From Octopus vulgaris (lineage: Eukaryota), in the NCBI GenBank assembly GCA_951406725.2, contig OX597830.1:47182001-47246000 (forward strand): a stretch of 64,000 bases of DNA, given 5' to 3'. Below the pieces are notes generated by a model. That model ran no database searches, was not told the DNA's origin, and was given only the letters and a program-made list of their open reading frames with translations. The translations under genes were made by a program, and so were the position numbers. Positions 14,576-28,325 of this stretch are shown in pieces. Numbering within the stretch: position 1 is the stretch's first letter; the number at the start of each line of letters is the position of its first letter.

Positions 14576-14888
14576 CACCGTGATCACCGTGACCGACCAG
14601 GCTATCAGATGTTGCTACACATCGCTGGTCACTATGCGCTTCGCATTGTTTTTTAGCCTTCAAATGACGCCACCCCGCTGGCTAAGCGAGCACGCCAACA
14701 GAAGAAAGAGTGAGAGAAAGTTGTGGCGAAAGAGTACAGTAGGGATCGCCACCACTCTCTGCCGGAGTCTCGTGGAGCTTTAGGTGTTTTCGCTCAATAA
14801 ATACTCACAATGCCCGGTCTGGGAATCGTAACCGCAATCTTACGACCGCGAGTCCGCTGCCCTAACCACTGGGCCATTGCACCTCCAC
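14576..14888 (-). mobile_element. SINE family A2 with a 12-bp TSD
   Basis: tataaacaatat at 14564-14575 and 14889-14900; A/B boxes at the reverse 5' end. Confidence 0.92.
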
Positions 14889-15153
14889 TATAAACAATAT
14901 AAGAGGATTAAAGACTGACTTTGGACCGTTCCGAAGGTTTTTACGGTTTCGGTTGAATTAAATACCCTGAAAACGTATTTGTCGATGAGAAAGTAAATGT
15001 ATTTCCAGCAATCGTATGCGAACTCAAGACCTGCGAGTCAATGGTTCGTAAAACTCAGAAGTTGACCTTGGACAGGTCTGCATTGTTCTGAAGAATCCTT
15101 GACCCAGAATACTGGACTACGCAACACATACACGCATACATACATACATACAT

Positions 15154-15188
<35 letters not shown>

Positions 15189-15200
15189 TACATACATACA

Positions 15201-15236
<36 letters not shown>

Positions 15237-15584
15237 TCTATCTGTCTGTCTGACTGCCTATCTGTCTATCTGTGTGTGTGCGTGCGCGCGCGCGTGTCTG
15301 TGTGTCTGTGTATACATATGACGAGTAGATATGGATAGATTATCTCGGCGGATGCCGTACGAGCACTCATTTATAAACCGAGCTCCAGATTAACCGTCTC
15401 GCGTAGTAAGGAGCATCTAATATTACTTAGGTTGATCAATCCCATTGTCATTGCCTCGATCTATCAGTCCTGGGTTCGCTTCACCAGAGTATGAATAGTT
15501 TACTGAGTGTACATCAAGGCAGTTGCCATGACTACGGAGACTGGTACATCTGCATTTCATTTCTACAGTTAATTTTATAGTATA

Positions 15585-15978
15585 CTAGCAGTATCGCCCG
15601 CCGTTGCTTGGGTTTGTTTCGACCCTTTAAAATTCGAATTTTTGAAAAGAAAAAAATTTGCATTGTGTAGCTTGTTGTTCTCTTTAAGTGAATATTTTTC
15701 TGGTTGAAATACACCGAAAAATGGCGACACAGCACACAAAAAATCGTAAAAAATAGGGATTTTCATAGAAAAAAAAGCACCTTTTTGATGTAAATAATTT
15801 TTGGTGTTAACATGGTCCAATTTGAATTTTTTTCTTCTACGGAAGGAAGAGCAAGCCTTCTTCTATCATGCTCTCAACTTTTGTCAACTTGCGCCGCAGG
15901 GTCTCGGAGGAGATAGTGTTAGTTGAAGGCTACTAAACCTGCCATACACAGACAACTTCAGTTTTATATATAGAGAGA
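15585..15978 (-). mobile_element. Non-autonomous Helitron with the same termini as 11939/39120 but a different interior
   Basis: Reverse 5' TCtctctatatataaaactgaagttgt... and 3' cccaagcaacggcgggcgatactgCTAG; A|T insertion site. Confidence 0.85.
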
Positions 15979-17024
15979 TTTGGTTTAAATTTGTCCGACG
16001 CACTTTTCTGCTGCACAGAAAATAGCAGTTGCATCCAGCTATTTTCGACTGGTTGGCCGTCTATTCAAAGTCTGTCCACGGATATGGCCCGAAGCGACTT
16101 CACTTCGAAACATATCCGTGGACAGATCTTGGATCTCACAGCTGGACATAAACAGCATCCCATCCGTTGAATTTTTCTACTTAGAACACCCACTGAGTTT
16201 GGAAAACAAAAATAAAAGTGTTATTTGAAGAATGAAATGGTAAGTATACTTCTTTAACAACGGAAACCAAGGCCACGACAGCGACAACAAAAATAGTTTT
16301 AAATTATGCAAAACCATCCGCGGAGAAAACATATGGAACCATTTCTATGGGATTTATTCAACCGCATTAAGAACACCAAGTTTAGGAAAATCAACAAACA
16401 AAAGCTTGCCTTAAATTATCTGCCCAGAGCCGAAAATATGTATCTCCATTCTGGTAAAACCAATAACCAGGATAATTTAGAGTTACAGACAGCAATAGAT
16501 TATTATCTAACAGTGCCATCTAAACATGTAAAGAAATCTCACGCAAGTTTTAGAAACTTAGAAGCGAAGAAGAGCATTACCACTGAAATTTTAGAATGAA
16601 CAGAAGAGTTTATCTAATTCTTCAGCCACACTGAATAAACGTAAATTTTTCACCAAAACCAAATTTCGGTTGATTAACTTCTCCAAGGCAGAAGTAGCTT
16701 AAATCAGTAAGCAAATTCTCGTCACTATCGAACTTGGAATTCGGAACGCTATATACCTCTAAAATACTGTCTGTAATCGAAGGGTGCCGTAATATTCTAG
16801 ATTAAAAGAATTCTACATTGGTACAGTTTGGTATATTAGACCTTTAATCTTCAATTACCGAACCGTTTCTACTTAAAGACCTGTTCTTCGCTAGCAGCAT
16901 TTCACCCATCATTGATTTCGATGCTAAATCATCCTGCATGCAAGAATTCATTCTGTTCTTAGAAGATACTGAGTAAAAAAAAAAACAAATGGAAAAGAAT
17001 AGCATGATATAAGCACAAGTCGGA

Positions 17025-17178
17025 TGATATCGACCCCAGTGCGTAACTGGTACTTATTTAATCGACTCCAAAAGAATGAAAGTCGACCATGGTGGAATTT
17101 GAACTCAGAACGTAACGGCGGACGAAATACCGCAAAGCATTTCGCCCGGCGTGCTAACGATTCTGCCAGTTCGCCGCC
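17025..17178 (-). mobile_element. SINE family C
   Basis: Reverse begins ggcggcgaactggcagaatcgttagcacgccgggcgaaatgc...gagttcaaattcc. Confidence 0.88.
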
Positions 17179-17244
17179 TGTGGGACTTGTCTTACACACA
17201 CAAACACACACATACATACATACATACATACATACATACATACA

Positions 17245-17276
<32 letters not shown>

Positions 17277-17289
17277 CATACATATATGA

Positions 17290-17440
17290 TTGATCTCTAG
17301 CCACTAAACTTTTTATTTTCTCTCCCTGTTTATTTCTGTGTTCCTTTCTGTTGAAGAGCGTAGGCTCGAAACGTAAAAGTCTTTCTCACTTCTTGTTGTT
17401 TACGCACCCGTCTTCATCTTTTTTTCTTTGTAAATTACAA
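17290..17440 (+). mobile_element. Short element with a minimal HHR-like motif at 17344-17379
   Basis: cttt CTGTTGA a gagc gtag gctc GAAA cg T A aaag; lies between (TACA)n and (TA)n. Confidence 0.75.
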
Positions 17441-17449
17441 ATATATATA

Positions 17450-17492
<43 letters not shown>

Positions 17493-18419
17493 CAACTGTG
17501 ATGTTCATGCGATTCCCAAAGATTGGGGCAGGTATACATCATAACGCTGGACTCGTTCTCTTCAGAAATATGAACGGGAGTAGCAGTTTGGAAAGCGTCA
17601 AAACTTTATCTTATGACTTAAGTTTAAATTTCCCACCTGACAGCAATTTCTCCGTTGTAAATTTTCTAGGCATCATACTGTATTTAAACAATGGAAATTC
17701 CTTCATACCAGAAGTTTAGTCAGAATTTATTTTATATGAAGAAGAATTCTAATCGCCCTCCTAGTAGTCACTACAACTTAGTTCCTAGCATTAGTAAACG
17801 CATTTTTGATACAACCTATAGACCCTTTAAACGATAAATCGGACAGCTGAAAGAATTAGCGATTACAACATCCGGTTATATTTAAATTGTCCTATCGATC
17901 CTTACGCATTTCCGAACGCTTGGTAAATCAACAAATCATTTTTTAAAACTTAATATATACAAACTTACCTGACATGTTGAAATATGGGTAGAGAATAATC
18001 TTTTCAACTGTGGTCTGTTTGTCCAACCATTTACGACCAGTCTTAACGTAGTTGAGGATGTCGAAGTAAAGTCCAGAAATAGTTGTCTAAAGAGGAGAAG
18101 AGAGAAAAATATTTTACTGTATGTCGGAGAAGTTTCATCCGTCTGTCTGTCTCTTTAGAAATGTCCTCTCTATCTCTTGTGAAGAAAAGGAAAAGTACTC
18201 AAAACAATAGCTGCTTCGTGGTGCTGTTAGTCTACCGCAACAGATTGGACAACAGTTAAAATAAATACAAAATACGCTAAGATGACTGCATTCCCCGCCG
18301 ATCCATGGAATATTCGTACACTTCTGAACATTGCTAAAGCTGATAGACGAACCTCTTTGATACTGTAGAACTCGCTCGTTACTACGTGGATATGACTGCA
18401 TTATGGGAAACATACTTCG

Positions 18420-18745
18420 TCGAAGAACGTCTGATGACTGAGAGCGGCGCTGGTTGCATTTTCTACTTTTGGGTGATCAGCAACGATAAACACCGTAAGT
18501 CTAGTGTTGCCTATGGCTCTTGAGCATATATTGCTACTATTTTAACCGGGTTGCCAAAGGATTTCAATGACCGACTTGTGTTCATTCGACTCCCGGTAGC
18601 AAGAGCCAACAGGTCACATTTATCAGTACATAAGCCACCAAACATGATCAACCCCAGGGGAATACGGACAAGGTGTATAAAGAATTTGACTCGGTTCTCT
18701 CAGAGTTAGTCATCTTGAGTGACTTCAACTCAAAAGTGGGCACAG
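18420..18745 (+). mobile_element. RTE-like LINE AP-endonuclease remnant
   Basis: FNDRLVFIRLPV..TFIST..DKVYKEFDSVLSELVILSDFNSKVG resembles NDRLMxLRLP..ISAYAP..DKFY..ILGDFNARVG. Confidence 0.65.
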
Positions 18746-18991
18746 CTAAGATAGCAATGGTCTACTCTTCCTGTTCTTTCTCCTACTCCTACTGCTCTTC
18801 CTACTTCTCCTCTTTCACAAAGTCTTCTAGTACGTATGACAGTTTGATGACGAATTCTCTATTCCGCTTTCCCAGAGAACATGGATTTCTCTCAGATTCA
18901 AAGCGTGCTATGTGTTAGTTTCTCCCAGAACTCGGAGGACTGACAGCCATGATTTTCTTGACGCTAGGGTTAGGTATGGATTAGAACGTTT

Positions 18992-19074
<83 letters not shown>

Positions 19075-19077
<3 letters not shown>

Positions 19078-20277
19078 TGGATCATCCCATAAATAATGCG
19101 GTTCTTTTCAATTGCATGAACTAGAAGTCAATGGGGGACGGGATAAACTACCTGCATCAATTTCCTATAAAAGCAGGTAGTAATTTTACCTTGTCTTTAT
19201 TATTTGTGCAATTCTTGAAGAGTGCAGTTCGATTTCTAACTGTTATTTTTTCAAAACTATAATGGAAGTGACAAAGGAATACATTCGGCATATTTTACTT
19301 TATGAGTTCGATAAAAGCAACAACGTAGCGGAAAGTGCGAAGAATATTAATGCAGTATATGGGGATTGGACAATAAGCGTAAGCCGATGTTAATGGTGGT
19401 TCCAAAAATTTCGAGCCTAGAAGACGAGCCTCGTCCTGGAAGATCTGTAGAGTTCGACAAGGGCATCCTGCAAACCCTGCTGGAATAAAATCCCATCGTA
19501 ACTGTTGAGGAACTAGCAGAGAGGTTTGGATTTAGCCATTCGACCATTCATCGACACCTGCATGCCATCGGAAAAAATCAGTAAATTGAGTCAATGGGTT
19601 CCTCACATACTTTCCGAGTCTAATTTGCTGTCACGTCACACGAATGAACCTTTTTTGGACTGAATAGTGACTGGTGACGAGAAATGGGTTCTCTATAAAA
19701 ATATTAAGCGCCAAAGAGAGTAAGTAGAGAAAGGAGAAACACCGACACCATAAGCTAAAGAAGGTCTTCACACACGTAAGGTGTTGTTATCTGATGGGAT
19801 ATGAAAGGTTTAGCCCACTTTGAACTTTTAAACCCAAACCAAATGATAACAAAGGCGATCTGCTGCGAGCAGCTTGAGCGGCTTAAGTCAGCGTTAGAAG
19901 AAAAACGACCATGTTTGGTTTCAAGACGAAAGGTGTTCTTACATCTGGATAATGCTCGGCCACATAGAATGAAAATGACATTCCGAAGGCTGGAGCAATT
20001 TGATTGGGAAACGATACCGCACCCACCATATTCGCCGGGCTTTGTTCTATCTGATTATCATTTATTCCGCAGTCTTCAAAATCATTTGGGCGCAAAAAAT
20101 ATGAATTCTGTAGACGAGATCAGAACAGTACTGGAGGAATATTTTTTGTGACGGACAAGTGAATTTTGGAAGAGGGGTCTTGCAAGTTTACCAGATAGAT
20201 GGAAGAACATTGTAGAAAATGAAGGAGAGTATATTTTAGATTATAAAAACCCGCATTGTTTACGGAATGACCCCATA
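19075..20277 (+). mobile_element. Full-length degenerate mariner transposon inserted in a TA tract
   Basis: 27-bp termini including the TA: tattggatcatcccataaataatgcgg / ccgcattgtttacggaatgaccccata (5 mismatches); transposase motifs WVPH, VTGDEKW, HLDNARPH, HPPYSP..SDYHLFRSL; stops and frameshifts. Confidence 0.95.
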
Positions 20278-22452
20278 TATATATATGGTGTGTTTTATGT
20301 ATTCATGTATGTGCATAGGTATAGGTATATTTGTTTGTTTGCGCGTGTGTATATATATGCACATGCTTTCTTCTTTCATTTTGCTAAATGAACAGATTAT
20401 TTGAAAACTATACATTACTCAGGAGACACTGTTGGTTTAGATATTATTCGAACAATCCAGCGATAATTATAAACAAATCTATATAAAAGCAAACGCACTT
20501 TGCAGCGGTTTGATAAGTGGCGTGAACGAAACTCTCGACCTTTTACTCACTGCGTAACTTCTGCTGATTAAAATAATAAATATACTCATGTCCTGAGTTC
20601 TAGGGATCCTGTTTGTACCGCCAAACCGATATGTATTCACACACAGACACACACAAACACACACACACGCATATACACATGTACACATATATACACGTAC
20701 AAATATTTACATATATACATATATACATACATACATACATATATACACACAAACACACGCGCGCGCACACACACACACATATATATATATATGTGTATAC
20801 ACACACACGCACACACATATATATATATATATAAATATATATATATGTATACACACACACACACACATATATATATATAAATTAGAAAAAAAACACCTTT
20901 TATCGATTCAACAATGAAAAAATTAAATTATACCATATAAAAAAAAATTACATCCTATAGATTTTTCTAATTTATATATATATATATATTATATTTTGTG
21001 AAATTTGATTTAGTATTTCTAAATTGAACTTTTCCCTGTAAGTTTGGAATAATATTCCCTAATATTATATATATATATATATATATGTACATACGTATGT
21101 ATGTATGTTTGCATGTATGTATGTATGTGTTTATGTATGTATATGCATGTACGGAGGGGGAGAGAGGAAGAGAGAAAAGAAGGAGAGAGTGAGAGAGCTG
21201 TTATATGATCTTATAAATACATCAATCAGATAAACCATTTGAGGACTGTTCTGGGATCGAACGTAGGATGCCTTCGTATAATTTCAAGTAAACATGAATT
21301 CATATTCGTGGGCGATACAGAGGATGTTGAAGTAAATGTGAGGTGGGAGGTGGGAAAGAGCAAAAGTGACTAACAGTTAGAACAGAGTAATTGATCGTCT
21401 GCTTTGATCGTAAATAAAAAGCTTAAAGGAGAACAAAAAAGAGAATAAGATCATGCGATATTTAGAAATAATTTTTCTTTCGCGAGGAATATCTTGTGAT
21501 ATCTGCAATTCCCTCTAAGAAACTTCATTGATCTCATTCATATTACAACCCAGTGAGTGACAGAGAGATTCTTATCTTTCTGACATTGGCCTTACTAATG
21601 TCAGTAGGTTTCATTGAAAATTCCTGGCATCGGAACTCTTAATCGATCCTGTCTTGGCGTTAGCATATCATCTCTGTTGTTAAAGTCACATTCTTAAAAC
21701 TAACTTTTCCATCAATAGTCAGGAATTTGCAGCACCATTCAGCAAATTTACATTCTGCGCAAGCTCCAGATTAAGCCGGAATTGAAGCTGTACGTACCCT
21801 ATATATATATATATATATATATACTTGCATACAAACACACACACATATATATATGTATATATACATATATATATTGTGTGTGTGTGTAAGTATATAGGTA
21901 CGCATATTAGATCAAAATTTCTTATGAATCCGATAAATGTTTCTATCCAGACTAGTCAAACAAAAGCCGCCATAGCTTCCTGTTAGCTAAGATAAAATCG
22001 GTGTGTTGGACAGAGTTAGTCAGAAGTTCTAAGACCAGAGGCATGCACGACCACAGAACCCCATGCAGAAACGAACATTTTCATTCATTCATTCACACAC
22101 ATACATACACACATAATCACATACATACACACGCATGCATACATTGTCTTTAATTGTTATAAAAATGGCGAATATTAGGTTCCTTTGCTGATTATTTGAA
22201 TAAAAAGAAAATATAACAAAACGCACGTCATTCAAAGCTGAATTATTTCACGAGACAACAATCAAACTAACTAACGGCAATTGTTGAATGCGGAAGAAGA
22301 AAGGCTGAGGATCCTAATTTTGTTCTCCGGTGTTGAAACAAAGACCATATAACATCGAGTGAGTGTTCTCCTGTATGAAAGATGGCACCATGTGACGCAG
22401 CAAACCTGACTGCTAGCGTTACTGTGTTCTTTCACAGCAATATCGTCCACAT

Positions 22453-22533
22453 CAAAATGATGGTAGTAACTGTAACTGTAACAAAATGATGGTAGTAACT
22501 GTAACTGTAACAAAATGATGGTAGTAACTGTAA
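22453..22533. repeat. 29-bp tandem repeat, about 2.8 copies
   Basis: caaaatgatggtagtaactgtaactgtaa starts at 22453, 22482 and 22511. Confidence 0.9.
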
Positions 22534-23079
22534 GTGTTCTGAGAGGCAGAGGGACAGAGAACAAAGAAGACAAACAATAGAAATGCTTCAAATAACTGAT
22601 TACTCTCGTTTTTATAACTCCCACTGCAAGATAGACTGTGTTTGATTGTCGACATTGATTAACAAAATCGGGTGGATGTTTTACGACACAATAACATTCC
22701 TATATTTTGGGAAATAGTCACAATTATTTTATGCCCTTTTAAGAACTGAAATGTAACATCTTGTGTGTGCTAAAGGTGTGATCAAAAGCAAAACAATGAA
22801 AGAGAACCATCACGAAATTGAAAAACTGAGAAGAAAAAAAAAGACTGTGGTTTGCAGAAAAAGTGCCAATTATTTGTACATGTTTATCACATGCAACCAA
22901 ACGTGAGAATGATGAGTTTAAGCAGAATGTAACGTAGTTAGAATAAATTAGAAAAGAGACTTGTCTACTTGTACACATGTACAAAAAATGATCTCATGTC
23001 TGGGGTAGTTTAACGTTGTTTACCAGCAAACCCGCAATCAAAATAGACCAAGTTGTCTGTCGGAAATACAAAGAAATCT

Positions 23080-23540
23080 AGTACAAAAATGTCACCCAGT
23101 CGGCAAAAAACTACTGGTCTATTGCTTGTAGGAAACTAATGCATGCAACCAGTTTGAATGTATTCTTTCAAGAAAATTGCGATAGCAATAATATCCTCAC
23201 AGCAGGTCGAGCAACTGGAAAGAAAAGAGGTTGAGAGGAGTGTGGAGCAAACTTTTAATCAACGAAACTGTAATGTCAGAGGTTCGACGACATAAGAGGT
23301 ACTTGTTTACAGTTTGGCTGGATTACGAGAAAGCCGGATTCTGTAGTCCAGTCGTAATTCTAGGGGACTTTCGTCTAGTTAAAGTGTCAGAGACGAAGGC
23401 CGAGGAAAATACGGGAAGAGGTTGTATCGTCTCTGACAGCGTACACCATCGCAGGAGTATTTTTTCAAGAAAATAGTCTCTGTGAAGTTCAATTGCACCA
23501 CAGCAAAGCACTCTTCGCTACTTGATGTAATATTTATAGC
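23080..23540 (+). mobile_element. R4/Dong-like (RLE-clade) non-LTR RT remnant
   Basis: KNYWSIAC, KLLINETVMSEVRRHKRYLFTVWLDYEKA(F)DSV and RRSIFQENSL resemble NYRPIAC, QLLIN..WLDYQKAFDSV and RGIFQGDSL. Confidence 0.7.
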
Positions 23541-23622
23541 GCAGAACTTGTTTGATACATACATACATATATACACACACACACATACATACATACATAC
23601 ATACATACATACATACACACAT

Positions 23623-23673
<51 letters not shown>

Positions 23674-23693
23674 CATACATAGACACAAACATG

Positions 23694-23752
<59 letters not shown>

Positions 23753-23964
23753 GCATACATACATATATACATACACATACATACATGACTACCGAGTTGA
23801 TGTCAAAATTCCAACAGAATTTTGCTTTTGAATTAGAAACCGGTTAGTTATTGTGAAATTTAATAAGACGAGAAGATATGAACGCACACACACACACACA
23901 CTGTCTGTCTGTCTCTCTCTCTCTGTTTCTCTTACACACACTCACATATACACACATATACACA

Positions 23965-24000
<36 letters not shown>

Positions 24001-24210
24001 CACACACTCTCTCTCCTTCTCTTATACACACACAGTCTCTCCCTCCCTTACACACACACGCTCACACGCACGCACACTTACACACACGCGCTCTTTCTCT
24101 CTCTTACATATACACCCCCTCTCTCTCTTACAAACATACAGTCACACGCATACTCTCTCTCTCTCTCTTACACGCACCCACTCACACACTCACACACACA
24201 CTCACTCTTC

Positions 24211-24241
<31 letters not shown>

Positions 24242-24359
24242 ACGCACACACACATGTACAGACATGATTATGTATGAACGAATATACGTATTTTGATTTA
24301 AAGAGGCTTTACAAATGATTGCATAGATTGTACAAGATGTGTTTGTGTATCTTGTGTAC

Positions 24360-24392
<33 letters not shown>

Positions 24393-25037
24393 TGTGTGTT
24401 TATGTATGTTTATTTAAGAGACTATTTAATTTGATCTTTTTAAATATTAATATGTGAAACAATTTTTATGTAGCAAGAGATTTCATATCAATGAATATTT
24501 CATTATTGATCGACAAACAGCTAGACAATGCCTACGAAACCGAGCTGAAGTTTGGAATTTGTAATTGAAGACGATTCGGATATTTACTACTCAAAATGAA
24601 AAATGGTTACTAGGAGATAATTGATGTTAATTGTTCCAAAATTTCATCTCCAAATATAATGTTGTATCTAATAACTTCCATTCTTTCGAGGGCAATAAAG
24701 AAAGTATCAGTCCAGGGCAGCGGAATGGCGAAATCGTTCGAGAACAATCCGTTACGGTTCCATACGTTCTGTTTTCAAACCGTACCTTCTGTCTCCGGAA
24801 GCGCAACTGGCAGGAGTTGAAAACCTGACGAGGAGAACGAAAACTCTCGAGTGAAGCCCAACTCAAGTATGTTAGCAACTCGCGATGATTATTGCCAATT
24901 AAAATTAACACATGAAACGGCGATCAGACAAGATGAAGGAAGAATACCTTCATGTGTAGACAGGCAGCGTGCAAATCTGCGCCAAGAAGCGAAAAAATTA
25001 CTTTAAATAACGCGCAGGAAAAAATTACTTTAAATAA

Positions 25038-25455
25038 GGCGCAGGAGTGGCTGTGTGGTATGTAGCTTGCTAACCAACCACATGGTTCCGGGTTCAGTCC
25101 CACTGCGTGGCATCTTGGGCAAGTGTCTTCTGCTATAGCCCCGGGCCGACCAATGCCTTGTGAGTGGATTTGGTAGACGGAAACTGAAAGAAGCCTGTCG
25201 TATATATGTATATAAGTGTGTGTGTGTATATGTTTGTGTGTCTGTGTTTGTCCCCCTAGCATTGCTTGACAACCGATGCTGGTGTGTTTACGTTCCCGTC
25301 ACTTAGCAGTTCGGCAAAAGAGACCGATAGAATAAGTACTGGGCTTAAATGAAAGAATAAGTCCTGGGGTCGATTTGCTCGACTAAAGGCGGTGCTCCAG
25401 CATGGCCGCAGTCAAATGACTGAAACAAGTAAAAGAGTAAAGAGTAAAAGAGTAA
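25038..25455 (+). mobile_element. Full-length tRNA-derived SINE, family B (octopus OR-type like)
   Basis: ggcgcaggagtggctgtgtgg (A box), gggttcagtccc (B box), internal TA/TG microsatellite, tandem aaagagt tail; fragments also near 3785, 28395 and 45322. Confidence 0.9.
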
Positions 25456-25919
25456 ATAATAGAAAGAAATCAACTTACCCCAATGGTTTTTGCTTCAAAA
25501 GAAGCTACCCACTGGTCAGCAGATATCAGATTCTGTCTGTAAAAGCAAACAAAAATGGAGAAGGCAAAACAGAAAGTATGAAGAAATTGTACGTTTTTGT
25601 TTGGTCTATAAAAGATTTTCATCGTAATTTATGAGTTTGCTGTTCTGAATTATTTATTTGAACCGTATAACTATATGCATTGTGGAACGATCTCGTAAAT
25701 TAGTTACTATTTCATAAAATACATAAAGTTCAATTACATACAGCTGAAGAAGATTCTATCAAGAATCGAAATTGCCATATTTCAGTTCCTAGTTTTTAAA
25801 ATTCCACTGAATTTTCTCCCCGTTAATTTCCAACTCTCTTTAATTGTCTCTTTATCTCATCATAATTCATCTGCAGAGAATGGACGTCCTCCCTATCTAC
25901 TGAGGAGACCGGCACTACT

Positions 25920-26066
25920 GAAACTACTAAAATTAGCTAGAAAAAAAAAATAGATTCCAAAATGATTCAAAAATAGAATTCTCGAAAAAAATGGATTCCA
26001 AAATTTAAAAACGCAATAAATTCCAAAATTTTAAAAAGCGGCAGGAACTTAGCAGCCAACCCAATA
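25920..26066 (-). mobile_element. Solo terminal fragment of the mariner family at 41864-43124
   Basis: tagattccaaaatgattcaaaaatagaattctcg...gcggcaggaacttagcagccaacccaata matches 43015-43124 and completes its TIR. Confidence 0.85.
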
Positions 26067-26067
26067 T

Positions 26068-26305
26068 GTTTGACTTGAGCTTTGCATTTGTACAAGTTGA
26101 CTCCAAGTCTCCCCCAAAGACCTTAAGAGACAACAAACTAGAATTTCATGCTGGTGTTATGCCTAGGGTGTCATATATTTGGTTTTGCACATGGTATTAT
26201 TCTAGAGAATGCTTAAGAAATCATAAGTACATTATAAGTTTGTTTTAAAATTTGAGATTACATAGACAGTATTTTACGTTGGATATGGACAGTTCTCAGG
26301 AGCAC

Positions 26306-26306
<1 letters not shown>
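26068..26306 (-). mobile_element. R4/Dong-like retrotransposon 3' end next to (TAA)n
   Basis: Reverse encodes VLLRTVHIQRKILSM* (compare VLLGTAHILRKIL* at RLE element ends), then a 3' UTR; abuts (TTA)n at 26306-26356. Confidence 0.6.
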
Positions 26307-26336
<30 letters not shown>

Positions 26337-26578
26337 GTTATTATTATTATTATTATAGCGTTGTTCATTAATTTGCAAACGGACCAGTCACTGATTCAAT
26401 AAGACTACAATTAGGATGGCGAGGATTGAAAGGGATCGGTCGTGAAACTCGGGATGAATAAATATCACAAAGGACTTTGGACGAATCGCTTTACATCTTT
26501 TCTCGACAACATTTACATCTTTCCCTGACATACATCTGCAGAAGATGCACACATATATGCATGCATACATAAACGCAC

Positions 26579-26617
<39 letters not shown>

Positions 26618-26969
26618 GTGCAAATATATAAATGTGCGTGTGTGTATGTGTGTGTAAGGTTCCCTCAAAAAGAGGGACGTTCACAGTGAATTTTATGAGT
26701 TTGATCCCTCTTGCTGATTGAAGCTTACAACATTCACTGTGAACGTCTCTTTGGTTTTTGTTGCTTTCGTTTTCTGAATTCATTGTTCGTTGTCGATTTG
26801 CCAACGTATCCCTCGTCGCCAAAATGGAGACGAGTTCCAACGTTCCCATGTGGCTGGCTTGATAATTGTCCAGAGATACCTCTCTGCATGAAACCAATGG
26901 TAACTTTGTTAACACACACATAGAGAATATTTATCGACCAAGGCGTTGAGCCTTCATTACCATTTTGTG

Positions 26970-27012
<43 letters not shown>

Positions 27013-27902
27013 ATTTGGACGTGTGTATGTATATAGATATGTGTATGGATGCATATACAATTACGTGTATGCATCAATTCGACGGGTTTCTGGGCAGCTT
27101 CGGGGAACTAAATTCAATTCACGCGGGATTGGCCAACCCTAAACAATAGTACGTGACATTCATCAAGGTTTCGTGCCCTGCGATGGAACCGGGAACCCCA
27201 CCATTGTAATGCAAACGTTTTAAAACCCTGTCATCTCTGCACCTAAACATCAGTGACTAAACTGAGGTGAAGCAGAATTGCTCCAGAAGGGTCTGGAAAC
27301 CGAACTAGATACGTGACCTGTCCATTTGAGTTTTATTTCATGTTTTTTGTTATTACTATTTTTCCTCGGCATTCACCGCAGTCACCCAACAAGGAAAACA
27401 GGAAAATATAATTATTTCCTCAGTGTTTACTAAAGAAGCACATATTAATACGACTTACAGCCGTTATCTAATTCAATTTACCAGAAGTTGCTATTCGCAA
27501 TGCAGTAGAAAGATGCTAACGAATTGATTTTTATTATAACTATTGCATAAGATGTTCCTGAAAGCCAATTATATTATATCTACAAGCGGAGTGAATTTGG
27601 CAAAAACACGAGAACAGCGGACTTTCTGTGTTACTGTATAAAGTTTCTTCAAAGCTCGTCCGTGTCCACTTAGTCTTTATATAAATACAAATATTTTACT
27701 GGAGTCGGTTCAATTTATTTATTCAAAATAAATCTTTTTTTAGGAATCACAAGTTTTTGAATTGATAGGATATCGAACTGCTGGTCTGGAGGCGAGCCAG
27801 CTAGTCGGGCTGTCAGCATGTTCGTCTGCTGACCACAACGGACAGCTTAGTTCTTCGCAACGATCATTTGTTTAGTTATTGTTGATATTCAACACAAGCA
27901 GA

Positions 27903-28325
27903 GCGGCGGGCTGGCAGAATTGTTACCACACCGGACTAAATGCTTGGCGGCATTTCGTCCGTCTTTACGGCCGTCTGAGTTTAAATTCTGCCGAGGGTCG
28001 AATTATGCCTTTCATCTTTTCGAGGTCAAAAAAATAAGTACCAGTTGACAACTGGGGTTGATGTAATCAACCTACCCCTTCCCCCAAAAAAACATTGCCG
28101 GCCTTGTGTCCACATTTGAAACAACTATTTAATGCAAGCTGGCGGTGAACTGGCAGAATCGTTAAAGCACCGGACAAAATGCTTGATTGCATTTCTTCCG
28201 ACTTTACGTTCAGAGTTCAAATGACAGCGGGTTCGACTTTGCCTTTCGTCCTTTTGTGATCGATAAAATAAGTACTTGTTCCTTTCCCCGAAACTGCTGG
28301 CCTTGTGCCAAAATTTAAAACCAGT
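27903..28325 (+). mobile_element. Two tandem SINE family C copies
   Basis: Heads gcggcgggctggcagaat (27903) and ggcggtgaactggcagaatc (28141). Confidence 0.85.

Larger units (their letters stand above)
16290..17810 (+). pseudogene. Degenerate Penelope-like element RT ORF, interrupted by a SINE, microsatellites and an HHR element
   Basis: FLWDLFNRIKNTKFRKIN, HSGKTNN, RLINFSKAEVA*ISKQIL (about 16668), GIHHNAGLVLFRN (decayed YRDDGL), VNFLGIILYLNNG and NSNRPPS..ISKRI resemble PLE RT and thumb motifs. Confidence 0.7.

Noticed and set aside
22271-22460. DDIAV as the protease catalytic-Asp exon
   Set aside because: The following residues (KEHSNAS) do not fit DIALLKL, the upstream part is a 29-bp tandem repeat, and there is no good splice context.
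25744-25930. Further HHR-like cores (25744 with a perfect 6-bp stem II, 25900, 24825, 45004, 61266, 63432)
   Set aside because: Stem I or the GAAA/UH part cannot be built; probably decayed remnants, so not called as ribozymes.
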